From a bacterium (lineage in GTDB: Bacteria > UBA8248), in assembly GCA_965261085.1 (NCBI GenBank), contig OZ253442.1:384001-448000 (forward strand): a stretch of 64,000 bases of DNA, given 5' to 3'. Both the position numbers and the translations under genes were made by a program. This document shows positions 1 to 9,029 of the stretch, in pieces; the stretch's first letter is position 1, and every line of letters starts with the position of its first letter. Below the pieces are notes generated by a model, which was given only the letters and a program-made list of their open reading frames with translations, made no database searches and was not told where the DNA came from.

Positions 1-94
1 GGGAGTGCCGACGACACTCTTCATTGCGTTTACGTAACAAAAATTACATAATTCATTACCGTCTAAATTTTCCATATCAGGAAGGCCGAACTGT

Positions 95-787
95 ATGAAT
101 CAGACGAAATCTCCCGGTTCTGATGGGGGAAATGACATCAAGCTTATCGAATTGTCCGTAGTACTTGTAGCGAATTCCAACAATCCATCCATCATCAACC
201 CCGACTTCCTGCGCTACAACAAAATAGTGGACGACAGCTATGAGGTTCAAGACTCGCCCATTTCCACACCGGCATTTTCCCAAGTGATGTTCAAGAACGG
301 GATTACGGTAACATCGGCTCCCGATCGTGTGATATTCGCGCATGCTGGCACACTGAACAGGGACGATATCGTGTCTCCAGGAGTCACGAAGCGCTACTTA
401 GAGTGCGTCCCGCACGTACCCTACCGCGCCATCGGCATCAATCCGAAAGGATTTCAGAGCGCGCCTAGAAAAGAGCCGATCCCTGTTGTGAATATGCTGC
501 GCGACAAAGGCTCATGGGCATCGTTCGAGGACGTTACTCCAGAAGTGCAACTAAAAGCTATATATCGCTACAGCGAAAGGATCATCTCCTTGGATATTGC
601 TCGCGCGGATATAACGGAAAATGGTAAAAAAACATCCGGAACGCTGTATCAAGCGAATATCCATCGCGAATTAACCGAGACAAATACAGAGTTCCGCATA
701 AATCGCTTATCATCGGTTCTGGATTCGTGGAAGAACGATCTGGAAGATTTTTACAATTTGACGAACAAATTCTGCGGGGAGGGATGA
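95..787 (+). CDS. Hypothetical protein, TIGR04255-like (gene 1 of a coupled three-gene operon)
   Basis: 230-aa ORF with an AGGAAGG RBS. The N-terminal SVVLVANSNNPSIINPDFL pattern and C-terminal NIHRE resemble sporadically distributed TIGR04255-like proteins (from recall). Confidence 0.55.
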   Translation: MNQTKSPGSDGGNDIKLIELSVVLVANSNNPSIINPDFLRYNKIVDDSYEVQDSPISTPAFSQVMFKNGITVTSAPDRVIFAHAGTLNRDDIVSPGVTKRYLECVPHVPYRAIGINPKGFQSAPRKEPIPVVNMLRDKGSWASFEDVTPEVQLKAIYRYSERIISLDIARADITENGKKTSGTLYQANIHRELTETNTEFRINRLSSVLDSWKNDLEDFYNLTNKFCGEG

Positions 788-1488
788 TGTCCATTGCAAC
801 AGGTCCGGAGCCAATACCGGCTTCAGAGACGGCAGTCGACATTGAGAAACTAGTAGCCGATTTTGAGCAACAGGATGCTTATCCGAAATTTGGCGCGATG
901 TCGATTCATAGCGCACATGTGTTCGTCAGCCACACGCTTAGTTCTTCGAGTTGGCATTCACCAGTTCGATATGCGCGCTTCTCGGATGCCTTACAACCAG
1001 AAGTACAACCCGGAGAGATTTTATCCCATCTGATACCATCCTCTTCTCAGGGTCAACCGAAACCGAGTCTCTCCCCACTTGATTGGGAGTTGCTCGGCGA
1101 GTTTATCGCACATGGCGCAAAAGACTTCCCCGTCCAGTTTGCCGACGCTTTGCGCGATCTGGATGACGTCGTCGAAGAAGCCGAAGAAGAAGGCTTCCCT
1201 GTACCAAAAGAGATCGCTCTCGACAATGCGAAACGGTTGCTGAGGGAAATGTACACCATATCACCACGCCGTTTTGAGGTTTATCCCATGCCGGATGGCG
1301 AAGTCGCCATCGACGCGCCCGATGGCCGAGGAAGTTCCGTGCTGCTCTTGTGTGATTCGGATGGCGGCGCGTTGTGCCTTGTCAATATGAAAGGCAAGCA
1401 TCGTCGCGCCCGATATTCCACCACTGAAGCGCTTCCCGACGGTTTCATACGTGAAGCTATGGCCGAACTTGAACAGCAGAACAATTGA
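784..1488 (+). CDS. Hypothetical protein, low-complexity N-terminus plus acidic alpha/beta C-terminal domain (gene 2)
   Basis: ATG at 784 overlaps the stop of gene 1 (ATGA). C-terminal motif AKRLL...VYPMPDGEVAID. Confidence 0.65.
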   Translation: MMSIATGPEPIPASETAVDIEKLVADFEQQDAYPKFGAMSIHSAHVFVSHTLSSSSWHSPVRYARFSDALQPEVQPGEILSHLIPSSSQGQPKPSLSPLDWELLGEFIAHGAKDFPVQFADALRDLDDVVEEAEEEGFPVPKEIALDNAKRLLREMYTISPRRFEVYPMPDGEVAIDAPDGRGSSVLLLCDSDGGALCLVNMKGKHRRARYSTTEALPDGFIREAMAELEQQNN

Positions 1489-1928
1489 ACCCGGAGAAAG
1501 CACCCGAGAACATCGGGCAGGACGAGGAACTCGGACGCAGCGTATTCTCAAGACGCAGAGCGAGACGTGCACGACGTTCAAGAGTCCCAGCGGATGTGTT
1601 TTTGGAAAAAGAAGGCGAACCCAAGATTTCCGTTGACAGGCTGAGCGTAGCGCCGCCGGATGTAGCCACCGAGATAGCTGAGGCCGTGGCTGCTAAGCGT
1701 AACGCTAACGCTACCTTCTACGGATGGGCTTTTCTCACCGCTTCCCGAACACGGGAAAATGGGCGGGAAGCACTCGCTTCACCCCTAGAAAGTAACCCGT
1801 ATCACGCCGATATCGTATTGCCTCAATCTGCAGTTGAAGACCGAGAAGAGCAACAACGGCACGCGCTGGAACTGGCGGATGCTTCACGCTGGCGAGAAAG
1901 TCCGAGCTCCTCCCAAGAATCGTCTTGA
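1485..1928 (+). CDS. Hypothetical protein, possible ADP-ribosyltransferase/RES-like fold (gene 3)
   Basis: TTG start overlaps the stop of gene 2 (TTGA). Motifs LGR, VF, ISVDR and NPYHADI. Confidence 0.5.
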   Translation: MNPEKAPENIGQDEELGRSVFSRRRARRARRSRVPADVFLEKEGEPKISVDRLSVAPPDVATEIAEAVAAKRNANATFYGWAFLTASRTRENGREALASPLESNPYHADIVLPQSAVEDREEQQRHALELADASRWRESPSSSQESS

Positions 1929-2010
1929 ACCGATAACCAAAGAACGACCCCCGATTCCCCGTTTACGCTCTCCCGCATTATCCCGCACTTGCCTTCTTCG
2001 GCCTCACCTT

Positions 2011-3183
2011 TCACTCCCTGAACACGTTCACCTTTATGCTCCGCAGCGCCTCGCGCGGGCCGGCCCTGGTTTCGCGCATGATTCTCACCTCTCCCCGGTA
2101 TGCCCCGGGCGGCCAGCGCACCTTCGTCCGCTTGCCCACGGCCCGCCAGATACGGATACGGTGTCTTTTGAGCGATTCCTCTTTTTGGGCGAGCACCCCG
2201 CCGTCGGGACCCAGGAGGCGCAAGGATATAAAATCGCCCCGTCTCAGCCCTGCGACCTCGGCCCAGAAGACCAGCGCGTGTGATGAGGCCGGAAGCGACT
2301 TGGCGCCAAGCGCGCCCGTGCGGACCTCCTCCGTCGTGGGCAGATGATCCGCAAAACCTGCTTGGTAGGGAATGGCCGATAAGTAGCGCAGCTTCTCCAG
2401 AACCTCGCGCCGCCAGAGCGGCGTTTTTCCCAAGTCGCATTCCGCGCCACCCTCGACACCCACGAAGGGGTCGACGACCTTTCCTTTTTTTTCGACTGAT
2501 ATGTGCAGATGCGGAAATTCCGTGCGCCCCGAGAGGCCGACTGCGCCCAAGCGCTCACCCGCGCGCACCCGGCCACCCCTTCTGACCGAAACGCTCCCCC
2601 GCTTCATGTGGCAATACTGGGTATGCCAGCCCTCGCCGTGGTCGACGCGCACGCCGTTGCCGCAGTCTTTTCCCTTCAAGGCGGCGCGGCCGATAAGGCG
2701 GACATCCAAGTCGCTCATTCCGTCGCGTACGCCGACCACCCTGCCATCGGCGGCGGCGCGCACCTCGATTCGCTCGTGCAGTCTCCCGGCGTGAGCCAAG
2801 GCGATGTCGGTGCCCTTGTGCCCATCGTAGCTCATTCGCCCACAGGCGAAGTCGGCGTATCCCTTCCCGGGGTCTGAGTCGACGTAGTTGAAGACCCAGC
2901 AATCGACCCCCGGCTCGCAATCAATCGGCAGCGAAAGCGGGAGTGGCGAGCGCCCGAACGAACGCCCGGTGAGATCATGGGCGGCGATGGCCCCGGGCGC
3001 AGGCGCGCGCCTCGCGACCCGGCCACGGGAGAGGCGGCTCCGCGCGAGTTTCGGCTCCGCCTCCCGCCGCGACACGAACTCGGGCCCCTTGACCATGAGT
3101 AGATCGAATTCGAAAATCGCCCACACGGCAAGGATGGCGAAGAGGAAGGTCATGACCATGATGGCGAGCAGAATGCGGAGCAA
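2011..3183 (-). CDS. M23 family metallopeptidase with N-terminal membrane anchor
   Basis: YDGHKGTD, YCH and FPHLH zinc motifs; hydrophobic N-terminus. Confidence 0.9.
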   Translation of the reverse strand: MLRILLAIMVMTFLFAILAVWAIFEFDLLMVKGPEFVSRREAEPKLARSRLSRGRVARRAPAPGAIAAHDLTGRSFGRSPLPLSLPIDCEPGVDCWVFNYVDSDPGKGYADFACGRMSYDGHKGTDIALAHAGRLHERIEVRAAADGRVVGVRDGMSDLDVRLIGRAALKGKDCGNGVRVDHGEGWHTQYCHMKRGSVSVRRGGRVRAGERLGAVGLSGRTEFPHLHISVEKKGKVVDPFVGVEGGAECDLGKTPLWRREVLEKLRYLSAIPYQAGFADHLPTTEEVRTGALGAKSLPASSHALVFWAEVAGLRRGDFISLRLLGPDGGVLAQKEESLKRHRIRIWRAVGKRTKVRWPPGAYRGEVRIMRETRAGPREALRSIKVNVFRE

Positions 3184-3587
3184 GGCTCAGGCCTCCGTCG
3201 TCCGGGGACTCTTGATGTGCGCTTTCATGGGGGCGGTCTCTCATTGAAACCCAAGCCTGAAAGCGGGTGAGTCGGGTTTGAAGATAGCACCGCCGCCCGA
3301 ATCGCGGCAATCGGATTAGATGGATAATCAGGGGAGCGGGCGGTTCGCGAACCACGCTTCAGGAAGACGCGAACTCCCCCTCAGCGGGGAAGTTCGACCC
3401 TTCTCGGTCGGAATTGATTGCGCACTTGCCCGCATTCGCCGTCACGGGTTTTTCAGGACGATGGGGTATGCTCGGAAGGCCGCCCGTCGGCCTTCGGTTT
3501 TTCAGGTGGCGAAGGCGGCGCGGAGCGCTGGAGCCGGGTGGACGCTCCAGCGAAGTGAGGAACATGCAAAATGCAAAAAATAATATG

Positions 3588-3632
3588 TGAAAATATCGAT
3601 AAATTCACGGGGTTTTTCGATAAATAAATGAC
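3588..3632. repeat. Dispersed intergenic repeat, copy 1 (AT-rich, two TCGATAAAT units)
   Basis: TGAAAATATCGATAAATTCACGggGTTTTTCGATAAATaaATGAC matches 35480-35524 with 4 mismatches. Confidence 0.85.
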
Positions 3633-3774
3633 CATTTATTTTCTTCGGAAAAGACGCCGCCGCATTGCAGCGCAGGGGAATTCTGCCATGGACAGCTACT
3701 CCCTCGATAACGGGAAATGCACGGTTTTGCGGGGAGTTGCGCCCCCGCTCAAAGCGTCCACCCAGCCGCGCCTT

Positions 3775-4002
3775 CTAGGGTCCCGGATAGGCCTCGGGCG
3801 GTCTGGCGTCTTCTTCGGTTCTCTTTGATTTTATTCGCTTTCTGGCGACGAGAGGGTCATCCTTGAGTCGCGCGATCGGGTCCTCCTCATCGTCCCCGCG
3901 CCCGTAGGCGTTGCCCTTCTCGAACGCGAGCCGTCCGAAGAGACGGTTCAGGTTGTTGCGCGCGGTTTGCTCGTCTCCGGCGTCTTTTCTTCGTTTCTTC
4001 AT
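3775..4002 (-). CDS. Small charged hypothetical protein (75 aa)
   Basis: ATG with a strong AAGGGGAG RBS; fills the gap downstream of the MBL gene. Confidence 0.5.
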   Translation of the reverse strand: MKKRRKDAGDEQTARNNLNRLFGRLAFEKGNAYGRGDDEEDPIARLKDDPLVARKRIKSKRTEEDARPPEAYPGP

Positions 4003-4040
4003 GTTTTCTCTCCCCTTCTTTCACAAGCAAAGTCAATAGC

Positions 4041-5147
4041 TTACAGGATTCTCCACCTCTCGCCTACCGCCATCACCCTGACGCGGGCGGCATCCGCGCC
4101 CGTCTTCTCCATGTGCGTCCTGAGGACGCGGGGCGGATGGTCGATGGGTTCATCGGTCAGATCGAACGTACCCCAGTGCATGGGGATCATCCGGCGCGCG
4201 CCCAGATCGTGAAACGCCTGAAGCCCCTCGGCGGGGTTCATGTGAGGATAGCGCATCATCCACCTGGGCTCATACGCGCCGACCGAGAGCATGGCCACGT
4301 CGATGGAACCGAATTTGCGGCCAAACTCCTTAAACCCTTGAAAATAGCCGCTGTCCCCGCCGTGAAAATACCTGCGCGTACCGGTCTCGATGAGCCAGGC
4401 GCACCAAAGCGTGGAGTCCCTCGCCGTGCCGAACCGGTTCGACCAGTGCTGCGCGGGCAGGCAGGTAAGGCGCACACCGCCTTGCTCCGCGCTTCGCCAC
4501 CAGTCGAGTTCCACGGCGCGCCTGCCGAGTGATTCCACGAAAGCGCCCAGCCCCACGGGCACGAACCACGTGACGTCTTCGGGCAGGTTCTCTATCGTCC
4601 ATGAATCGAGATGATCGTAGTGGTTGTGGGAGATCGTCGCCACGGCACCCCCCGGTATTGAGGCCGCAGGCACGCCCGGGGGCTGATGGCGTCGATACAA
4701 CAAGGCCCTCGCGCCGAAGTGCGGATCCGTCAGGATAACGTTCGGTCCATCCTGAATGATGAAACCGCAATGCCCGACACACGTGATGGAAGGCTCCTCT
4801 CCCGCTTTCGAGAGATACGCGCCATCGTTGGGAACGACGGGAACATGGGGCGTTTCGCCGTTTTTGATCTCAGCGAATTCGTTTCGGTACAAAAACTTCC
4901 ATTTCAGCAGACTGACCCGCGAACCCGGATTCGGCCACCAGGGGTTGAACCAGGCTCCCGGCTCGCCATGCGGCCAATAAAGGGATTCCGCCTCGCGCGA
5001 GATGAGGCCCTGCGATTCAGCAGGAGGAGGCTGTGGCGCCTTGATGCCCAGACCCATTCGCGCGCATCCTCCCGCCAAGCCCAAGACGCCGAGGCCCGCC
5101 AAACCAGCGCCTTTGAGAAATTTCCGTCTGCCGATTTTCGGTTTCAT
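4041..5147 (-). CDS. MBL-fold metallo-hydrolase (NAPE-PLD/RomA-like), predicted Tat lipoprotein
   Basis: SHNHYDHLD, PAQHWS, GDSGY and PMHWGTF motifs; GRRKFL Tat motif and LAGGC lipobox. Confidence 0.9.
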   Translation of the reverse strand: MKPKIGRRKFLKGAGLAGLGVLGLAGGCARMGLGIKAPQPPPAESQGLISREAESLYWPHGEPGAWFNPWWPNPGSRVSLLKWKFLYRNEFAEIKNGETPHVPVVPNDGAYLSKAGEEPSITCVGHCGFIIQDGPNVILTDPHFGARALLYRRHQPPGVPAASIPGGAVATISHNHYDHLDSWTIENLPEDVTWFVPVGLGAFVESLGRRAVELDWWRSAEQGGVRLTCLPAQHWSNRFGTARDSTLWCAWLIETGTRRYFHGGDSGYFQGFKEFGRKFGSIDVAMLSVGAYEPRWMMRYPHMNPAEGLQAFHDLGARRMIPMHWGTFDLTDEPIDHPPRVLRTHMEKTGADAARVRVMAVGERWRIL

Positions 5148-5200
5148 CGCAACCCACGCGGTGGCTGATTCAGAATATCCCTTCCCTGCTGAGCGGGAAA

Positions 5201-6073
5201 TCAACCCAGGGACGCATACCACTCGGCAATCGCCCGACCCATCTCACCGGGTGAGTCCTCATGACAATAATGAAGCCCGGCAACCGTCGCCTCCGTCACG
5301 TTCGGCCAACCGCGAACCATTGTCCTATGTTCTCCCACGAGAACGGCTCCCGGTTCGCTGTTGATGAAAAGTTTCGGAACCGGGTGTTTCTCCAGCCACG
5401 CGTTGTTGCGCTCGATGATTTCGAGAACGTCCGCAGGCTCCCCCTCGATGGGAATCTCGCGCGGCCATGTGAGCGTGGGCCTTCTGTCCTCGCCGGGATT
5501 GCGGTAGGGCCTCCGGTATTCATCATGAATTTCATCCGAAACGTCGCGGATGACCATGGCGGGCAAAATCTTCTCCACAAAGAAGTTCTGCTCCAAAACG
5601 AGTTCCTCGCCCTCCTCGCTACGAAACCTTTTGAACAGGGCCTGAACGTCCGGCGGCCAGTGGCTCCACTCAAAATCGCCGACGACGCTCTGGCAGATCA
5701 CGACGCCCTTGAGTTTATCCTGTCTCTCCGACGCCCACGTGAAGCCGAGTTGCGCGCCCCAGTCGTGCGTGACGATGGTGACGTTCTCCTCCACTCCCAG
5801 GGCATCCATCAGCGCGTTCGTGAACGGCTGGTGATCGGCCAACCGGTACATGGAGCCGGCGAGTTTTGCGGAATCGCCCTGCCCGATATTGTCTACCGCG
5901 ATGCAGCGGCCCAGACCCTCGACGTGCGGAATCACGTTGCGCCACATATAAGACGAAGTGATGTTGCCGTGGAAAAAGACGATAGGGTCCCCCTCGCCCG
6001 CCTCCACGTAGGCCATCTTTTCGCCCAGAACTTCCGCGAATTTTTTCTGATACTTCATGCGAGGCTCTATCAT
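5201..6073 (-). CDS. Haloalkane dehalogenase-like alpha/beta hydrolase (HLD-II, LinB/DhaA type)
   Basis: HGNITSSYMWRN, HDWG, RRPTLTWPREIP and GLHYCHEDSP motifs; GAGGGAG RBS before ATG 6073. Confidence 0.88.
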   Translation of the reverse strand: MIEPRMKYQKKFAEVLGEKMAYVEAGEGDPIVFFHGNITSSYMWRNVIPHVEGLGRCIAVDNIGQGDSAKLAGSMYRLADHQPFTNALMDALGVEENVTIVTHDWGAQLGFTWASERQDKLKGVVICQSVVGDFEWSHWPPDVQALFKRFRSEEGEELVLEQNFFVEKILPAMVIRDVSDEIHDEYRRPYRNPGEDRRPTLTWPREIPIEGEPADVLEIIERNNAWLEKHPVPKLFINSEPGAVLVGEHRTMVRGWPNVTEATVAGLHYCHEDSPGEMGRAIAEWYASLG

Positions 6074-6101
6074 CACTCCCTCATGCCGTTCAGGTCCCAA
6101 T

Positions 6102-7154
6102 TCATTCACCAACCCGTAAGACCAGCTTGCCGCGCACGTGGCCCTCTTCCAAGAGCGTATGAGATGCCGCGATGTTCTCCGCGTTCATTTCTCCCATATC
6201 GGTGATCTGCGGCACCTTGATCTCGCCCATCTCCACCCAGTCGCGAATCTCCTCGAGCGCCTTCTTGTAGACGCCATAGTAAGCAGGACCGCCCCCGCGC
6301 ACGGGCGCACGCAGGAAGGTGCCGTGAAACGAAGCCGATTTGGTGAACAGCGGACCTTCCTGGGATGAGAAAAATTCATCGATGGGCGCTCCCGGTTCGG
6401 GTGCGATGGAGGAGATTCGCCCCCAGTAGTCCACGACTTCGCAGCAGAGTTTCTTCATCTCACGGCCCACGAAATCAAACGTGGCGGGAAAAAGACGATC
6501 TCCGTTCATCTCAACCGCCCGGCGGGACAACTCATCGAGCGAGAGTCCCGAATACCTCAACACGGCGACGGGGGCCGGAGCGATCAAATCCTCTATGTAT
6601 TTTGCGCTCCCATCGCTTCCCGCCGTCACGATGATGGGAGATGCACCGATGCGCGCAAGCATCTGAAGTCCCATGGTTCCCACGCCGCCCGAACCGCCCG
6701 CCACGAAAACCGCCTCTCCCGGCTCCACCCGCGCCTTCATCACCACCGCCTCATGGGCGGTCAGCGAGACGAGCGGCAAGGCGGCCGCTTGCCCGAAAGT
6801 GGCATTGGCCGGCTTTTTCACGACGAACGCCTGATGGATGCACACGAACTCCGCATAGCCGTCCCCGCCGCTGTCACCGAACCTCGGGAGATAGGCCATC
6901 ACCTCATCGCCGGGAGAGAATTCCGTAACGCTCGCGCCCACCGATTCGACCACGCCTGCGGTATCCCTGCCCAGGATGATGGGAACCGCGCCCTGGTTGC
7001 CGCCCCGTCTCGCCTTGAAATCGGTCGGGTTCAGGGAGACAGCCCTCGCCCGTATCTTCACCTCTTCAGACCCGGGCTCTCTCTCGGGCCAATCGGCATC
7101 CTCGAAATTCTCCACGCCACCGAACTCTTTCAATACGACCGCGTACATTTTCAC
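6102..7154 (-). CDS. MDR superfamily NADPH:quinone-oxidoreductase-like protein
   Basis: SLNPTD, ILGRDTAGVV, AGGSGGVG and GKLVL motifs. Confidence 0.9.
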   Translation of the reverse strand: MKMYAVVLKEFGGVENFEDADWPEREPGSEEVKIRARAVSLNPTDFKARRGGNQGAVPIILGRDTAGVVESVGASVTEFSPGDEVMAYLPRFGDSGGDGYAEFVCIHQAFVVKKPANATFGQAAALPLVSLTAHEAVVMKARVEPGEAVFVAGGSGGVGTMGLQMLARIGASPIIVTAGSDGSAKYIEDLIAPAPVAVLRYSGLSLDELSRRAVEMNGDRLFPATFDFVGREMKKLCCEVVDYWGRISSIAPEPGAPIDEFFSSQEGPLFTKSASFHGTFLRAPVRGGGPAYYGVYKKALEEIRDWVEMGEIKVPQITDMGEMNAENIAASHTLLEEGHVRGKLVLRVGE

Positions 7155-7160
7155 CCTCCG

Positions 7161-7958
7161 CTATACCATCCAGGCCCCGCCGGCCAAGACCAATCCCTGT
7201 CCCGTGACGTTTTTGCTCTCATCGCTCGCGAGATACACCGCCATGTGACCCACGTCGTCCGTCGTCTGCTCGCGTCCCAGGGGAACCGTCGCCTCGACGA
7301 ATTCATCGAACACCCGCCTCGCGGGCCTGTCCGTCTCCGCTCCTATGATAACGCCGTGGCCCTTCTCCCAGATATTCGTCCACAACAGACCCGGGTTAAT
7401 TGCGTTGACGTTCACGTTATAGGGGGCCATCTCCTTGGCGAGGCTCATGGTGAAGTTCAAGCAAGCCGCCTTGGACGCGGAATAATGCGGCACGTCCGCG
7501 TTCGCGCGTCTTGCGGCGAGCGAGGCCAGGTTGATGATTTTTCCGTATCTGCGCTCCCGCATATGGGCGGCAATAGCGCGGCACATCAGAAAAACACCCG
7601 TCGAGTTGACTGTAAAAACGGCGTTCCACTCCTCGAGCGTTATGTTGTCTACCGGGTTTCCCACGAGCGCCGCCCCTCTCCCGTGGCAATTCACCAGGAT
7701 GTCGACCCGCCCCATCCGATCGACCGCCGTCTGGGCGATGTTTTCCGCGTCTGTTTCGCTCGTCACGTCCGCCGCCAGGGCGAAATGCGCTCCCTCGCCG
7801 GCGTCGTCGAGTCCTCTTTGGGTAACCTCGTCATTGACGTCGACCACGCAAATTTGCGCACCCTCGCGGGAAAAAGCGCGGATGATGCCCCGGCCGATTC
7901 CGCCGCCACCTCCCGTGACGACCGCCGTTTTTCCTTCCAGACGCATTCTTATTTCCAT
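7161..7958 (-). CDS. SDR family oxidoreductase (tandem copy 2)
   Basis: TGGGGGIG and YSASK motifs. Confidence 0.92.
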   Translation of the reverse strand: MEIRMRLEGKTAVVTGGGGGIGRGIIRAFSREGAQICVVDVNDEVTQRGLDDAGEGAHFALAADVTSETDAENIAQTAVDRMGRVDILVNCHGRGAALVGNPVDNITLEEWNAVFTVNSTGVFLMCRAIAAHMRERRYGKIINLASLAARRANADVPHYSASKAACLNFTMSLAKEMAPYNVNVNAINPGLLWTNIWEKGHGVIIGAETDRPARRVFDEFVEATVPLGREQTTDDVGHMAVYLASDESKNVTGQGLVLAGGAWMV

Positions 7959-7964
7959 CCTCCG

Positions 7965-8756
7965 CTAGACCATCCAGGCCCCGCCCGCTAGGAGCAGGCC
8001 CTGCCCGGTGACGTTTCGGCTCTCATCGCTCGCGAGATAGACCGCCATGTGGCCCACGTCGTCCGGCGTCTGCTCTCGGCCCAGGGGAACCGCCGCCTCG
8101 ACGAACTCGTCGAACACCCTTCTCGCGGGCCTGTCCGTCTCCGCGCCGATGATGACGCCGTGGCCCTTCTCCCAAAGATTCGTCCACAACATGCCCGGGT
8201 TGATCGCGTTGACGTTCACGCTATAGGGAGCCATCTCCTTGGCGAGGCTCATGGTGAAGTTCATGCACGCCGCCTTGGACGCGCAGTAATGCGGCACGTT
8301 CTCGTTCGCGCGCCTTGCGGCGAGCGAGGCCAGGTTGATGATTTTCCCGTACTTCCGATCCCGCATATGGGCGGCGACCGCCCGGCACATCAAAAACACG
8401 CCCGTCGAATTCACATTAAAAACGGCGTTCCACTCCTCGAGCGTTATGTTGTCGATGGGGTTTCCCATGAGCGCCGACGGCCTTCCGTGGCAATTCACCA
8501 GAATATCGACCTGCCCCATCCGCTCGATAGCCGTCTGTACGACGTTTTCCGCGTCCGTCTCGCTCGTCACGTCCGCCGCCAGGGCGAAATGCGCCCCCTC
8601 GCCGGCGTCACCGAGTCCTTGCTTGGTTACCTCGTCATTGACGTCGACCACGCAAATTTGCGCGCCCTCGCGCGCGAAAGCGCGGATGATGCCTCTGCCG
8701 ATTCCGCCGCCGCCGCCCGTGACAACCGCTTTTTTCCCTTCTAATCGCATTCGCAC
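7965..8756 (-). CDS. SDR family oxidoreductase (tandem copy 1)
   Basis: TGGGGGIG and YCASK motifs; near-identical to the neighbouring SDR. Confidence 0.92.
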   Translation of the reverse strand: MRMRLEGKKAVVTGGGGGIGRGIIRAFAREGAQICVVDVNDEVTKQGLGDAGEGAHFALAADVTSETDAENVVQTAIERMGQVDILVNCHGRPSALMGNPIDNITLEEWNAVFNVNSTGVFLMCRAVAAHMRDRKYGKIINLASLAARRANENVPHYCASKAACMNFTMSLAKEMAPYSVNVNAINPGMLWTNLWEKGHGVIIGAETDRPARRVFDEFVEAAVPLGREQTPDDVGHMAVYLASDESRNVTGQGLLLAGGAWMV

Positions 8757-9029
8757 CCCTCCTGAAAGAAAACTTCATGTATCCATCGGACAAAAAACCG
8801 CTCACGCACATCTCGAGGCGGGACATCGGCCCCCGTTCCTGAAGCGATATTTTTCTCGATTCTAACAAGAATACCGCGGGGTGAATATCTCGAACCCGAA
8901 TCCCTGAAATTCACCCCTCGGGGAGTTTCCCCCGCATGGGGAGAATGGTATTCTCCCCCCGTTCCAAAACCCTTTGCACAACAATCGCGGACGCCGCAAG
9001 GACGTCCCTCAAAACGACAGGAGCATGAA

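Noticed and set aside
3187-3228. Short in-frame ORF ending in TGA just before the M23 start (possible readthrough)
   Set aside because: No supporting recoding signal, and the TTG start at 3183 already gives a complete protein.
6753-7991. Long opposite-strand ORFs (e.g. 6753-7991, 29487-30602, 54591-55877)
   Set aside because: Antisense shadows of well-supported genes, as expected in GC-rich DNA.
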